Source: Candidatus Bathyarchaeota archaeon
GTDB lineage: Archaea; Thermoproteota; Bathyarchaeia; Bathyarchaeales; Bathycorpusculaceae
Assembly: GCA_963815095.1 (NCBI GenBank)
Contig: CAWFFH010000003.1
Location: 608,001 to 672,000 of the forward strand
Direction: 5' to 3'
Length of the DNA stretch: 64,000 nt
Shown: positions 9,278 through 20,364 of the stretch, piece by piece
How positions within the stretch are numbered: position 1 is the stretch's first letter
Layout of the letters: each line of letters opens with the position of its first letter
Program-made: the position numbers and the translations under genes
Notes under the pieces: model-generated
What the model saw: only the letters and a program-made list of their open reading frames with translations
Database searches by the model: none
What the model was told of the DNA's origin: nothing

Positions 9278-10567
9278 TTAGCGTTTTTTACCTATTTTAT
9301 CTCTGTTACCTATGTATTTTCTTAACACTTCAGGTATAATTATTGTTCCATCGGATTGCTGGTTGTTTTCCATTATTGCTACGATTGTTCTGCCTGTTGC
9401 AATAGCAGTAGAATTCAATGTGTGAACGAAGCCTTTTGGCGGTGCACCCTCTTTTTCACGATATTTAATTCCTAAACGTCTGCCTTGATAGTCAGTGCAG
9501 TTACTGCATGAAACCACTTCGCGGTAACCATTCTGCGCAGGCATCCAAGCTTCAATATCATACTTCTTTGCTGCAACGGTACCAATGTCACCCGTGCAAA
9601 CGTTAACAACTTGATAGGCTAAACCGAGTTTTTGCAAGATTCCTTCTGCGTTCTCTAAAAGTTCTTCGTGGAGTTTATATGAGTCTTCGGGTTTACAGAA
9701 AATGAACTGTTCGATTTTATTGAATTGGTGAGTGCGGAAGATGCCACGTGTGTCTTTTCCATGCGCACCTGCTTCTTTGCGGAAACAGGTGCTGATTCCA
9801 GCGAGTTTGACTGGCATTTCTTGTTCTTTTAGAGTTTCATTCATCAACATAGCTGCCATTGGATGCTCTGATGTGGCAATCATGTAGAGGTCTTCACCTT
9901 CAACCTTGTAGAGAACATCGCCAAAGTCGCCAAGTGAAGTTACGCCTTCGTACGCTTCCCGCTTCATCATGTAGGGTGGAACAATTGGTGTATAGCCTTT
10001 GTTTGAGAGCTCCTCTATAGCAAAGCACATCAAAGCCATGTCCAGCATGGCGACTTCATTTTTGAGAAAGAAGAACCTTGCGCCGCTGATTTTCCCAGCG
10101 CGTTCCATGTCGATTTGGTCTAACTCAAGAGCTAAATCTATATGGTTTTTTATCTGAAAAGAGAACTGTGGGATTGTTCCCCAAGTTTTCACTTGAACGT
10201 TATCCTTTGAGTCTTTTCCCATCGGAACCGAATCATCCAGTAAGTTTGGCAACCGCAAAAGGAAATCATGGATTTTCTGTTCCTGATTAACAACCTGTTT
10301 CTCTGTTAGCTTTATTTTCTGGTCGATGTTCTGTGCTCTTGAGAATTCGTCGGTTGCTTCTTGACCTGCCTGCTTTAGTTTAGCGATTTCTATGGTCACC
10401 AGTTTTCGTTCGTGACGCATCTCGTTTAGGTTGGTGTTGTTCACGCGCCACTCTTTATCTGTGGCAATCAATTCTTCGAGCATCTGGAGAACGTCTGGGT
10501 TGCCACGCTTCGCCAAATTAGCTTTTATAAGTTCAGGATTCTCGCGGATAAGCTTGATATCTAACAT
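9278..10567 (-). CDS. serS: Serine--tRNA ligase
   Basis: MLDIKLIRENP, ATSEHP, FRKEAGAHGKDTRGIFRTHQFNKIE, SCSNCTDYQ, HTLNST. Confidence 0.98.
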   Translation of the reverse strand: MLDIKLIRENPELIKANLAKRGNPDVLQMLEELIATDKEWRVNNTNLNEMRHERKLVTIEIAKLKQAGQEATDEFSRAQNIDQKIKLTEKQVVNQEQKIHDFLLRLPNLLDDSVPMGKDSKDNVQVKTWGTIPQFSFQIKNHIDLALELDQIDMERAGKISGARFFFLKNEVAMLDMALMCFAIEELSNKGYTPIVPPYMMKREAYEGVTSLGDFGDVLYKVEGEDLYMIATSEHPMAAMLMNETLKEQEMPVKLAGISTCFRKEAGAHGKDTRGIFRTHQFNKIEQFIFCKPEDSYKLHEELLENAEGILQKLGLAYQVVNVCTGDIGTVAAKKYDIEAWMPAQNGYREVVSCSNCTDYQGRRLGIKYREKEGAPPKGFVHTLNSTAIATGRTIVAIMENNQQSDGTIIIPEVLRKYIGNRDKIGKKR

Positions 10568-10798
10568 GTTCTCACACGTAATATTTCTCTATCTAACAAA
10601 AACAGCTATTTAACTTTACGATAGAAACACCAACTCAAATTCTATGTTATAATTCTCAGTGGCTAAATAAAATCTGTAGCCCTTTTATAATGCAAGACTT
10701 GAAGATACTAAAAAAGAACTTTTCAGTTTTTGCAAAAAAACAAGAATAGCTAAAAAATGGAAGAAGATATAGATAGATTTCTGATTTGTGTGTCCGGT

Positions 10799-11089
10799 TT
10801 ATTTTTTGGTTAGAGTTATCTCCATTGTGGAAACCATTCTGGATTTACTCTCACCCTCACGAGGTGGCATCTCGACTGTTCCGATGGCTATCTTGCTAAC
10901 TTTAAGGTCTTTAATGAACCGGTTTCTTGTAATTTCAGCTACGTCAACTGCAGTCGTTATAGCTTGGCCTCTTGCTTTTAGTGTGATTTCTTTTAGGTTT
11001 CCTGCTGAGAGGCTTGTAATGATTGCCAGAACATAGCTCATAGGGGGTTTGTTTCCGACGAAGATAACATCTGGATTGTTTTGGGTCAT
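10799..11089 (-). CDS. albA: Chromatin protein Alba
   Basis: IFVGNKPPMSYVLA, LKARGQAITTAVDVAE, VSTMEI. Confidence 0.97.
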   Translation of the reverse strand: MTQNNPDVIFVGNKPPMSYVLAIITSLSAGNLKEITLKARGQAITTAVDVAEITRNRFIKDLKVSKIAIGTVEMPPREGESKSRMVSTMEITLTKK

Positions 11090-11301
11090 TTTGTTTTTAC
11101 TCCTTTGTTGATTGCTTTGTGTAACGTTGCTGTTATGCGCTCTGATGCGCGTCAGAACGTCACTTCCAAAATATACAGATTCTTCCTTATAAGTTCATTC
11201 GAAAAACCAGCGTAGGAACAAATGTTCAACAAATTAATTAGAAAGGCTTTTCTGCAGCCAACCACTATTTTGGCTTTAACATAATCGAGTCGCGAGAACC
11301 T

Positions 11302-11934
11302 GTGCTTACCAAACTTAAGCAACAAATCCAGCAAATGCTAACAATTGAAGCTAAAATTGCCAACAAGCTAGGTTTTACTCCCAACAGAATAAGTATAGTA
11401 GGCTTCATACTTGCTTTAGTTTCAGCAATCACATATGCAGCAACAACAAATAGGCAGCCTTGGTTGCTGTTATTGGCAACTTTTTTCCTCTTAGCCTCAG
11501 GATTCTGCGACACCATGGATGGGATAGTCGCTCGAACATACAAGCAGACAACAGTTTTTGGCGGTTTTTTTGATTCAGTTTTAGATAGATACGCAGATGC
11601 AGCAGTCTACGCGGGAATTATTATTGCGGGTTTATCCAATGCCGCTTTGGGTACCTTTTGGGGTCCAATATTGGGCTTAATCACTCTATCAGGATCTATG
11701 ATGGTAAGCTATACCCGTGCAAGAGCAGAAGCTGTTGGAATAAAAATGGAGTCAGTTGGTTTTGCTGAACGCGCCGAACGTATGCTTATCTTAGCAGTTG
11801 TTAGCATAATCGGATACTTCTGGTTACCCGCATTAGGTTACGGTATAGCAATTTTGGCGGTACTTTCTAACTTGACAGTTATGCAAAGAGCATATTATGT
11901 TTACAAAACACTAAAGAAAAAAGCAGCAGTTTAG
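11302..11934 (+). CDS. pgsA: CDP-alcohol phosphatidyltransferase (archaetidylinositol-phosphate synthase-like)
   Basis: TPN, DTMDGIVAR...GGFFDSVLDRYAD, SYTRARAE, ERAER. Confidence 0.9.
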   Translation: MLTKLKQQIQQMLTIEAKIANKLGFTPNRISIVGFILALVSAITYAATTNRQPWLLLLATFFLLASGFCDTMDGIVARTYKQTTVFGGFFDSVLDRYADAAVYAGIIIAGLSNAALGTFWGPILGLITLSGSMMVSYTRARAEAVGIKMESVGFAERAERMLILAVVSIIGYFWLPALGYGIAILAVLSNLTVMQRAYYVYKTLKKKAAV

Positions 11935-11938
11935 CCGC

Positions 11939-12232
11939 TTAGTACCTTCGTTTATAACCTTTTGAATGGCGTTCGTTCTCAGCGCGGACCTTAACAATAC
12001 CGCGGTGAACAGCACAAGAGATACAGTAGAATTTTGTGTCTACCCAAGAGGCTAAGTATGTGCCGCTTTGTCTGAGTTCTTTAGCTAGTTGTGGCTCAAC
12101 AAAAGATACTCGTCGGGTGGACCGTTTTGCTTTGTCTCGTGGCACCGAAGCCCCGCAATTTGCGCATTGAACAAGAGTACTGCTTCCTTTGTTTCCTTTT
12201 GATCTTCCTCGGCTTTTTCGTTTAACGGGCAT
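11939..12232 (-). CDS. rps26e: 30S ribosomal protein S26e (eS26)
   Basis: KRKSRGRSKG, VQCANCGASVPRDKA, YCISCAVH. Confidence 0.95.
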   Translation of the reverse strand: MPVKRKSRGRSKGNKGSSTLVQCANCGASVPRDKAKRSTRRVSFVEPQLAKELRQSGTYLASWVDTKFYCISCAVHRGIVKVRAENERHSKGYKRRY

Positions 12233-12281
12233 TATTTTGACCTCTTTCTTTTCTAATGTTCCATTTATTGACTTAACTATC

Positions 12282-13169
12282 TTATATATCTGACCGTAAT
12301 TTTAGGAGAGATGCAATGTTTGCGTTCTGAGTTATCTGGGGAATAATTTTTCCATCGAACGAAGTCATCAACGTTGTTACTCCTGGACCATGGCCAGCTG
12401 TGACACAATTTGTGTGAACAACCACGCCTACAGAGACAGCTCCTTGGCGGTAAATTCTTCCAAACGAATGGTCAGCGTCAATGATGGCAACTAAATCGCC
12501 AAGCCTCAAACTTTCAAGCCCATACTGCTTAACGATTGCTTCATCAAACATTTGAATATCATAGTCTCCCGAGTTAACTTGGTTTGCACCTAAACCTGAA
12601 CCCATTATCGCCGCAGGAACGATATGTGTAACAGGAACCTCCAGTTTGGCTCCTTTTGGTTTTGGGTTCCACACCTCAAGCAAACCGGGGTCCATATTGA
12701 GAATTTTAATTTCCGGAAAATCCAAAAGCTTCAAACCTGTACCATAGGCCTTAACAAGTATTCTATCGCCAAGAGTAAGATCCTCTAAAATCTCAGTTGG
12801 AAAATCTACCAAAACATGCTCAATTCCGCCATGCTTTCCGGTAACAGTGCCTTTAGCTCCTTTAGCGTCACCCGTCGCTACTATCGCTTGGTTTCCAACG
12901 CAAGATAGCACATTGAAAGCCGTGTTCGCTGCTTGCCCTGAACGAGCATCGTTCTCCTTGTTTTCTACGCTCACGCATGGTTCCACATGATCAGCTTCCC
13001 AACCGCACGCTGGATCACCAACCCTCAAGTTGTATGTTATGCCTCCTACTCCGGGAAGCACTATGGGTTTTCCCGTTGCTGAAACATTATAGACATTACG
13101 GATGGTGGGACTTGCGATTTCTCCCATAACTGAGATTTTTACGAGTTTTTCAGAGTTTGTTTTGAGCAT
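12282..13169 (-). CDS. DUF4438-family protein
   Basis: LPGVGGITYN, WEADHVEP, GKHGGIEHV, GDYDI, GHGPGVT. Start moved to ATG 13169 (MLKTNSEKLV). Confidence 0.8.
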   Translation of the reverse strand: MLKTNSEKLVKISVMGEIASPTIRNVYNVSATGKPIVLPGVGGITYNLRVGDPACGWEADHVEPCVSVENKENDARSGQAANTAFNVLSCVGNQAIVATGDAKGAKGTVTGKHGGIEHVLVDFPTEILEDLTLGDRILVKAYGTGLKLLDFPEIKILNMDPGLLEVWNPKPKGAKLEVPVTHIVPAAIMGSGLGANQVNSGDYDIQMFDEAIVKQYGLESLRLGDLVAIIDADHSFGRIYRQGAVSVGVVVHTNCVTAGHGPGVTTLMTSFDGKIIPQITQNANIASLLKLRSDI

Positions 13170-13319
13170 TAATTGTTCCTCTGGACTTTGTGGTCTAGCG
13201 CGCGGGGTCAAATAAACTTTCACAGATGACTTTTCGGGGTTAAGCAACTCTTAAATTAAGCTTCCTTTTATTGTTCATATAGAAGTTAATTTAACTAAAT
13301 TATCGGAAGTGAGTAGGCC

Positions 13320-13898
13320 GTGGCTGAAATTGGATTAAGAACAAAAATGTTCGTTAGAGACATCATGAGCAGCCCAGTAGTAACAATGGATGAAGATGAA
13401 ACCTCCAATAAAGCCGCCGCTAACATGGATATGCACGATTTAGGCGCTGTAGTAGTAACTAACAAAGCAGGAAAATCAATCGGCATCATTACCGAACGTG
13501 ACCTAGTAATCAGGGTTATAGCTAAAAACCTCAAACCAGACACTGTTAAAGCTAAAGAAATCATGACCACGCCCTTGGTCACTATAGAGCCCGAAGCCAC
13601 CATAAGCGATGCTGCAAGAAGAATGACGCGACTTGACATTAGACGGTTGTGTGTTATATACAAAGGCAACCTGCTTGGAATAATCTCCAGCAAAGACATT
13701 TTGGGCGTAATGCCCGAGTTAATTGAGATAATGGTCGAGAAATCCCGCATCGAAGGAGCCGCCGGAACTGAAGACACCGAAGAAGTACCGCTCTCTGGAT
13801 ACTGCGACCGCTGCAACGCCTACAATGAAAGCTTAAAAGAACGAAACGGACAAAACATCTGTGACGAATGCCGCGTAGAACTCGAAGAAGAAAAATAA
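13320..13898 (+). CDS. CBS-pair protein with C-terminal Zn ribbon
   Basis: VRDIMSSPVVT, GIITERDLV, IMTTPLVTI; C-terminal GYCDRC...ICDEC. Confidence 0.9.
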   Translation: MAEIGLRTKMFVRDIMSSPVVTMDEDETSNKAAANMDMHDLGAVVVTNKAGKSIGIITERDLVIRVIAKNLKPDTVKAKEIMTTPLVTIEPEATISDAARRMTRLDIRRLCVIYKGNLLGIISSKDILGVMPELIEIMVEKSRIEGAAGTEDTEEVPLSGYCDRCNAYNESLKERNGQNICDECRVELEEEK

Positions 13899-13957
13899 CC
13901 AGTTCTTTATTTCTATTTTTTAGTTAACTTAAAAATCATTTAAAGGTAAACAGACCC

Positions 13958-14215
13958 TTAACTAGTTGACTCCAACCTTTGCTGGACCACTTCTACACCA
14001 TAACGAAGCAGACTTTTCACCCCGCTTAATCTGTTTCTTGGAACAACCGCCACACTATGAATTAAACCACACAAGGACAAAAGCACCTTGGCTAAGAATG
14101 AAGACTTCGAGTAAACTGCAAGCCTTAAAACAAAAAGAAACAAGTCTAAGAAGCCATCTTGTGCTCTCTTTTTAAAATTCATTACACCACTTCTTTCAGG
14201 CATAATCTTCCTCAT
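13958..14215 (-). CDS. Hypothetical small protein
   Basis: 85-aa ORF filling the gap between the CBS gene and pyrC; no recognised motif. Confidence 0.3.
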   Translation of the reverse strand: MRKIMPERSGVMNFKKRAQDGFLDLFLFVLRLAVYSKSSFLAKVLLSLCGLIHSVAVVPRNRLSGVKSLLRYGVEVVQQRLESTS

Positions 14216-14322
14216 GAAAAGTTAAGGGTTTTGTTTAAGTCTCAATTTTCTATCCGAAAATAGCCTTTAGATAAAACTTTAATTAACCAAATCACCCGCT
14301 ATTCAATGAGTCGTGAACTGAC

Positions 14323-15675
14323 GTGATTGTTGATTCTGTCCTTACAAACGCCAAAGCCTACTTGGGCGGGCAAATAGTCGACTGCAGCATAGCTATCGAA
14401 GGAGAGAAAATACAAAAAATCGGCAAAGAAACTCAAATGCCCAATGCTGACCAAAAAACTAACCTACACAACATGCTGGTCCTACCAGGCTTGATTGATG
14501 AGCATGTGCATTTGCGAGATGAGGGCAAAGCATACAAAGAAGATTTCAATTCTGGGACTTCCGCTGCTGCGGCTGGAGGATTTACCACTGTTTTGGACAT
14601 GCCCAATAACGATCCAGTTACAATGAGCGTTAAAACCCAGAAGAATCGCATGCGAATAGCGCAAAGCAGAATCCTTGTTAATGTTGGATTTTATTCGGAA
14701 TTTCCAAAAAGTCTTGCAGAAACAAAAAATATTGTTGCTGAAGGCGCGGTTGGGTTTAAGTTGTTTATGGGTTCCCAAATAGGCGGTTTAAACATTGACG
14801 ACGACCCAACCCTACAAGATGCGTTCAAGGAAGTTGCCACCTTGAAAGTGCCTTTAGCAGTGCATGCTGAGGATAGTACAACGCTATTAGCTAACGAAGA
14901 GAAATTGAAACAAGATCAAAAAGTTGGCACCTCCGACTTTCTACGAGCACACACTGAAACCGTTGAACTAAAATCTATTCAGCGGCTATTGGAATTAAGC
15001 CAGAAGACAGATTTACAAATGCATTTTTGCCATGTTACTAGCCAAAAAGGCTTAAAAGCCATCGCCGAAGCAAAGAGATCTAATAGAAAAGGAAAGGTAA
15101 CATGTGAGGTTACACCGAACCATTTGATGCTAACCTGTGAGGATGTGAAGCGGATTGGGCAACTGGCAATTATGGCGCCTCCACTTCGCAGCAAAACCCA
15201 CTTAGATGCTTTGTGGAAGGGTTTGGAAGATGGCATTGTTGATACCATAGGCTCAGACCATGCACCCCACGCTTTGAGCGAGAAGTCAGCAAGTAGCGTT
15301 TGGGATGTAAAAGTTGGCGTGCCAGGATTAGAAACCACACTTCCGCTTATTTTGACGCTTGTAAAGAAGGATCGGTTAACTCTAACTCAGGCAGTCCATT
15401 TGCTTTCAGAAAAACCTGCAGAAATCTTCGGTTTAAACGACCGCGGTCGCTTGGAAAATGGCAAGAACGCCGACCTAACTATAGTGGACTTTAACCGCCA
15501 ATTCAAAATTGAAGCCTCCAAATTTAAGTCGAAAGCCAAGTTTTCACCCTATGATGGCTGGGACGTTCAGGGAAAAGTGGTAAGAACTGTTGTTAACGGG
15601 CAAGTAGTCTTCGATGAAGGTGAGATTATTGCTAATGGCGGCAGCGGATTGGTTGTTCGGAAGCGTAGAATGTGA
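14323..15675 (+). CDS. pyrC: Dihydroorotase (amidohydrolase family)
   Basis: PGLIDEHVHLRD, AAAGGFTTVLDMPN, EVTPNHL, GSDHAPH, SKAKFSPYDG. Confidence 0.88.
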   Translation: MIVDSVLTNAKAYLGGQIVDCSIAIEGEKIQKIGKETQMPNADQKTNLHNMLVLPGLIDEHVHLRDEGKAYKEDFNSGTSAAAAGGFTTVLDMPNNDPVTMSVKTQKNRMRIAQSRILVNVGFYSEFPKSLAETKNIVAEGAVGFKLFMGSQIGGLNIDDDPTLQDAFKEVATLKVPLAVHAEDSTTLLANEEKLKQDQKVGTSDFLRAHTETVELKSIQRLLELSQKTDLQMHFCHVTSQKGLKAIAEAKRSNRKGKVTCEVTPNHLMLTCEDVKRIGQLAIMAPPLRSKTHLDALWKGLEDGIVDTIGSDHAPHALSEKSASSVWDVKVGVPGLETTLPLILTLVKKDRLTLTQAVHLLSEKPAEIFGLNDRGRLENGKNADLTIVDFNRQFKIEASKFKSKAKFSPYDGWDVQGKVVRTVVNGQVVFDEGEIIANGGSGLVVRKRRM

Positions 15676-16166
15676 AGTTCCTTGCGGATGGAATGCTTGG
15701 GAAACTGACGCGTTGGCTGCGCATGTTAGGGCAAGATGTCTTGTATTCGGTGCAGTTTGATGATTCCGAGCTTTTAGAATTGGCAAAGAGGGAAGAGCGT
15801 GTTTTGTTGACTAAGGATCTTGAACTCTATAAGCGTGCTGTCGGCAAAGGAATGGATGCTTACTATGTTGAGGGAAAGTTTGAGGTGGAGCGGCTGGCGG
15901 AAATCGCCAAAAGATATAGATTGCAATTGTCGATTAACATGGACAAGTCGTATTGTCCAGTATGCAACACCAAACTGAAATTAACCGAAAAAGAGCAACT
16001 CCGAAGCGAATTGAAAAACAAAACATTCACTCATTACGACAAATTCTGGAAGTGCCCCAACTGTGGTCAAGTTTACTGGCAAGGAGCCCACTGGACACAA
16101 ATCAACAATACATTAAATCAAGCACAAGTAAAACTTGAAAAGTTAAAAGAAAATAATGGCGCTTAA
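15672..16166 (+). CDS. Mut7-C RNase (PIN-like) domain protein
   Basis: [28 protein letters not shown]...[13 protein letters not shown]. Confidence 0.92.
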   Translation: MKFLADGMLGKLTRWLRMLGQDVLYSVQFDDSELLELAKREERVLLTKDLELYKRAVGKGMDAYYVEGKFEVERLAEIAKRYRLQLSINMDKSYCPVCNTKLKLTEKEQLRSELKNKTFTHYDKFWKCPNCGQVYWQGAHWTQINNTLNQAQVKLEKLKENNGA

Positions 16167-16405
16167 GACAGCCATTTCAAGGGAATATCTTGGAAAGTTC
16201 CATCTGGTAGAGTTCTACGAATAGTGATTGGCAAAATACCCGCATCAAGCTCGCTTAATGCGATGTCGATTGGGTTTGTGTTTTCTGCTGCATCTACCAA
16301 GATTGGTGCTCCCATCGAGATTTGAAGCGCACGTGCACCCACGATTCTTGCTTTCTCGAAGCGAGTAATTTTTGGAGGTCCAACGTTTATTTTTTGTTCT
16401 GACAT
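16163..16405 (-). CDS. rpoK: RNA polymerase subunit Rpo6 (K)
   Basis: [28 protein letters not shown]. Confidence 0.97.
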   Translation of the reverse strand: MSEQKINVGPPKITRFEKARIVGARALQISMGAPILVDAAENTNPIDIALSELDAGILPITIRRTLPDGTFQDIPLKWLS

Positions 16406-16406
16406 T

Positions 16407-18083
16407 TTACATCATTCCGCCCGGCATTCCACCCATACCGCCCATGCCCATCCCTCCTGGCATTCCTCCTCCTGGTGGCATTGGAGGAGTCTTCATTTTG
16501 CTTGAGGATATGACGTCATCGATTTTAAGAATCATTGATGCAGCTTCGTTTGCTGATTTGATGATTTGCTTTTTGACTGCAAGAGGTTCGTAAACGCTTA
16601 TTTTTGTCATATCTTCCACTTTGCCTGCGAGAACATCTATGCCGGCCCAAGTTTCGCCTTTCTGATGTCTAGTTCGTAATTCAACCAATACGTCAATTGG
16701 ATCTAAGCCTGCGTTTTCTGAAAGCGTTGTGGCTATTGCTTCTAGTGATTCCGCGAATATTGTGATTGCAAGTTGCTCTCTTCCCTGCACGGTTTGAGCA
16801 TATTTTTTGAGAACACTCGCCATCTCCATTTCTGGAGCGCTGCCGCCAGCAACGATTTTTGGCTCCTCAATTAAGTCTTTAACAACACATAGTGCATCGT
16901 GGATAGAGCGTTCGGCTTCTGCAGTCATCCGCTGGGTTCCACCCCTAATTAGAATGGTAACTGACTTGGGATTCTTGCAGCCCTCGATGTAAGTCATTTT
17001 GTCATCGCCCGTTCTGCGTTCCTCAACTAAGGCGGCGTAACCCAAGTCTGATGCTTCGAGTGCTTCAATGTTGCTTACAATTTTTGCGCCTGTGGCTCTT
17101 GCAAGTTTTTCCATGTCTGATTTCTTGGCTCGCCTAATTGCTATTACACCCTTTCTGGAAAGGAAGTGTTGAGCCATGTCATCTATGCCTTTCTGGCAGA
17201 CCACTACGTTGGCACCTGAAGATAGGACTTTTTCAACCATGTCTTTCAGCATGGTTTCTTCCTGCTTTAGGAAGGCTTCTATTTGGTCTGGGCTTTCAAT
17301 GTTAATTTTTGCATCGATCTCTGGCTTCTCGTTTTCCAGCGATGCTTCAAGTAACGCAATTTTTGCTTTCTCTAATCGCTTTGGCATGCCTGAATGAACG
17401 ATTTCTTTGTCTAAAACTATTCCGTAGATTAGGCTAGTGTCTTTGAGGGATTCACCTGTTTTCTTCTCAACCTTTACGTCATCAACATCAGCTTTGTAGG
17501 TGCCATCAGCTTGTTTTTCAGCGACGGATAACATGGCTTTAACGGCTAAATCAGCCAGGTAATCTTTGTATTCCGCCACAATTTTGCTGCCCATGGATGT
17601 AGCTGCAGCCTTCTTGAGGTAGTCGGTTGATTTTAGGTCAATTGGTATGGCGATTTTCTCCAAAGTTTCCAGAGCTTTGTCAGCGGCTTTTCGGTATCCG
17701 TCAATTATGACTGTTGGGTGGATGTCTTTGTCGATTAATTCTTCAGCTCTACTGAGTAGTTCGCCTGCAATAATGACGGCGGATGTTGTTCCGTCTCCTG
17801 CTTCTTTGTCTTGTGTTTTGGCGACTTCAACAAGCATTTTGGCTGCTGGATGCTGAACATCCATTTCATCAAGAATGGTTCGTCCGTCGCTTGTTATTGT
17901 TACATCTCCGAAGCTATCAACAAGCATTTTATCCATGCCTTTTGGGCCAAGTGCGCTTCGAACACTTTCAGCAACAACTTTAGCTGCCATGATGTTACTG
18001 TGTTGAGCTTCTCTTCCGCGGCTCCTGTTTGAGCCTTCTTTCATAACCAAAACGGGTACTCCACCAGCTTGTAAATTTGACAA
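16407..18083 (-). CDS. ths: Thermosome (group II chaperonin) subunit
   Basis: [21 protein letters not shown]-rich C-terminal tail. Confidence 0.98.
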   Translation of the reverse strand: MSNLQAGGVPVLVMKEGSNRSRGREAQHSNIMAAKVVAESVRSALGPKGMDKMLVDSFGDVTITSDGRTILDEMDVQHPAAKMLVEVAKTQDKEAGDGTTSAVIIAGELLSRAEELIDKDIHPTVIIDGYRKAADKALETLEKIAIPIDLKSTDYLKKAAATSMGSKIVAEYKDYLADLAVKAMLSVAEKQADGTYKADVDDVKVEKKTGESLKDTSLIYGIVLDKEIVHSGMPKRLEKAKIALLEASLENEKPEIDAKINIESPDQIEAFLKQEETMLKDMVEKVLSSGANVVVCQKGIDDMAQHFLSRKGVIAIRRAKKSDMEKLARATGAKIVSNIEALEASDLGYAALVEERRTGDDKMTYIEGCKNPKSVTILIRGGTQRMTAEAERSIHDALCVVKDLIEEPKIVAGGSAPEMEMASVLKKYAQTVQGREQLAITIFAESLEAIATTLSENAGLDPIDVLVELRTRHQKGETWAGIDVLAGKVEDMTKISVYEPLAVKKQIIKSANEAASMILKIDDVISSSKMKTPPMPPGGGMPGGMGMGGMGGMPGGMM

Positions 18084-18232
18084 ATCAAGTAACCTCCAAA
18101 TAACGCGAACAACAACAAGACATTACTAACCATATAAGTTTTTCTAGTCCTGCCGTGTCGAACAAAGCCAAGCAAACGATTTTTGCATCATTGACCCGTT
18201 TTCCAGGCTTGGACCGTTTCATTTTTGCCAAA

Positions 18233-18736
18233 CTAGTAAACTGAAACTTTAGATACACCTGAAATCTTTAGCAGTTCAGGAATTAATTCGCCTGGGATTT
18301 TCTTTTCAACTATCAAGGTTAGTTTTGGTTCTGGTGAAAGTTCTGGGTCGTCTACAATTGCTTGTCGTATGCTTAAACCTGCTCTATTGAGGAGCATGGC
18401 TGCGTTGGAGAGAATTCCTGGGGACTTTGCGTTTACGGGGGTTATTTCTAGGACTCCGAGGTTTAGGTGTTTGGCGATTTCTTTTAGTGAGTGTCCTGCT
18501 GGGCGGATTTCTTCAAAAATCATCTTTAGGTTTGGGTTGGCTTTGATAGTGCATAGGGTTTCATTTACTGTTCTTCTGTCTACGCCTGCCACTCTTGCTA
18601 TGCGAACGGGTGGGATTTCGATTTGGTTTAAGTATATTTTGTCGTTTTTGGCAGATAGGCCGTTTTCTATGAGGACACGTGCTACTTTGAGTCGTTCGGG
18701 GTAGGCTTCGAGTTGGGTTTTGATTTGTTTCCACAT
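18233..18736 (-). CDS. trpY: HTH-ACT tryptophan-responsive regulator (TrpY/COG2150 family)
   Basis: IARVAGVDRRTVNET HTH and ACT domain (PGIL...ISIRQ-like, DPELSPEP); divergent from trpB2 with TGTACA boxes between them. Confidence 0.82.
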   Translation of the reverse strand: MWKQIKTQLEAYPERLKVARVLIENGLSAKNDKIYLNQIEIPPVRIARVAGVDRRTVNETLCTIKANPNLKMIFEEIRPAGHSLKEIAKHLNLGVLEITPVNAKSPGILSNAAMLLNRAGLSIRQAIVDDPELSPEPKLTLIVEKKIPGELIPELLKISGVSKVSVY

Positions 18737-18792
18737 TTTTGGTCGCTTGTGTGTATTTCTGTTCGTTTAGGTATAAATGTGTTGTTTTATAA

Positions 18793-18808
18793 TGTACAAA
18801 ACTGTACA
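18793..18808. promoter_or_regulatory. Paired TRP boxes (TGTACA-N4-TGTACA), TrpY operator
   Basis: tgtacaaaactgtaca lies between trpY and trpB2 and matches the TRP-box arrangement known for Methanothermobacter TrpY. Confidence 0.8.
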
Positions 18809-18867
18809 CAAAAGCCTTAAATAAAACTTTAAGGTACGAATTAAAACTCAAGATAGAAGGCGAAAAA

Positions 18868-20289
18868 ATGCCCGACAAAAAAATTCTATTAAAAGAATCA
18901 GACATACCAAAACAATGGTATAACATCGTGCCCGACTTGCCACATCCGCTCCCGCCTTTCATAGATGCGGCGACAGGGCAACCAGGCGTCGGCATCGTCC
19001 CAAAAATCTTCCCAAAAGAAATCATCGGACAAGAAATCAGCCAAGAACGTTGGATAAACATCCCAGACGAAGTCCGTGAAATCTACAAGATCTGGAGACC
19101 TTCCCCGCTGTTTCGAGCATTAGGCCTAGAGAAAGCGCTTAAAACACCCGCCAAAATCTACTACAAATATGAAGGCGTTAGCCCCTCAGGTAGCCACAAA
19201 ACCAACAGCGCTGTCCCACAAGCCTACTACAACATGAAAGAAGGCATCACCCGCGTCACCACTGAAACCGGCGCGGGACAATGGGGCAGCGCACTCTCGT
19301 TTGCCGCCAACAAATTCGGTTTAGAAGCAACCGTCTACATGGTCCGCGCAAGCTTCGACCAGAAACCCTACCGCAAAGCAATGATGAACGCTTTCGGCGC
19401 AGAATGCATTGCAAGCCCAAGCAACAAAACCGCAGCAGGCAGAAAAATCCTCGCTGAAGACCCAAACACTAAAGGTAGCCTCGGCATAGCCATCAGCGAA
19501 GCCGTCGAAGACAGCTTAGAAAGTGAGAAAACAGGCAAAAAAGCAAACTACACCATCGGATCTGTCTTCAACCATGTCTGCATGCACCAAACCGTAGCGG
19601 GACTCGAAGCCCAAAAACAGATGGCGTTAACAGAAGACTACCCTGACGTTATCTACGGATGCATAGGGGGAGGCAGCAGCTTCAGCGGGTTGTTCTGGCC
19701 ATTCTACTACGACAAAGTCTCCAAGAAGGCACCTAAAGAAACAGCTTTCGTTGCAGTTGAACCCACGGCTTGTCCCAAAGTCACGAGGGGCTACTACACA
19801 TTTGACCACGGTGACACCGCCAAACTTACTCCGCTCGTGCCCATGCATACGCTTGGACACGACTTCATGCCCGCGCCCATCCACGCAGGCGGATTAAGAT
19901 ACCATGGCATCGCACCCACCATCAGCGTACTCGCAAAAGAAAAGAAAATCAGCACTCAAGCCGTTAACCAAGTCGACGCGTTTGACGCCGCTAAAATCTT
20001 CATCCGCTCTGAAGGCATAATTCCAGCACCAGAATCAGCACACGCCATCAAATCAGTCGTTGACGACGCAAGAGCATGCGCAAAAACCAACCAGTCAAAA
20101 ACGATATTGTTTGCATTGACAGGCCACGGCTTCTTTGATATGACCGCTTATGAAGAATACTTCGCCGGCAAACTCTTGCCATACGAGTACCCTACCGAGA
20201 AAGTTGCGGAGTCCATGGATAAACTGCATAAACTATATCCTTGGCTAACTGACGCCACCGAGAAATACATCGGCTGCGAAACCTACTAA
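18868..20289 (+). CDS. trpB2: Tryptophan synthase beta chain type 2
   Basis: WYNIVPDL, GSHKTNSA (PLP Lys), TTETGAGQWG, GSLGIAISEA, IHAGGLRYHG, PAPESAHA. Confidence 0.96.
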   Translation: MPDKKILLKESDIPKQWYNIVPDLPHPLPPFIDAATGQPGVGIVPKIFPKEIIGQEISQERWINIPDEVREIYKIWRPSPLFRALGLEKALKTPAKIYYKYEGVSPSGSHKTNSAVPQAYYNMKEGITRVTTETGAGQWGSALSFAANKFGLEATVYMVRASFDQKPYRKAMMNAFGAECIASPSNKTAAGRKILAEDPNTKGSLGIAISEAVEDSLESEKTGKKANYTIGSVFNHVCMHQTVAGLEAQKQMALTEDYPDVIYGCIGGGSSFSGLFWPFYYDKVSKKAPKETAFVAVEPTACPKVTRGYYTFDHGDTAKLTPLVPMHTLGHDFMPAPIHAGGLRYHGIAPTISVLAKEKKISTQAVNQVDAFDAAKIFIRSEGIIPAPESAHAIKSVVDDARACAKTNQSKTILFALTGHGFFDMTAYEEYFAGKLLPYEYPTEKVAESMDKLHKLYPWLTDATEKYIGCETY

Positions 20290-20364
20290 ACCTCAGGCCC
20301 CCATCATCTTTACTCTATTTCTTCTTATTGGCAATCAACTTAATAATAAACAGGTTATCTTCCT

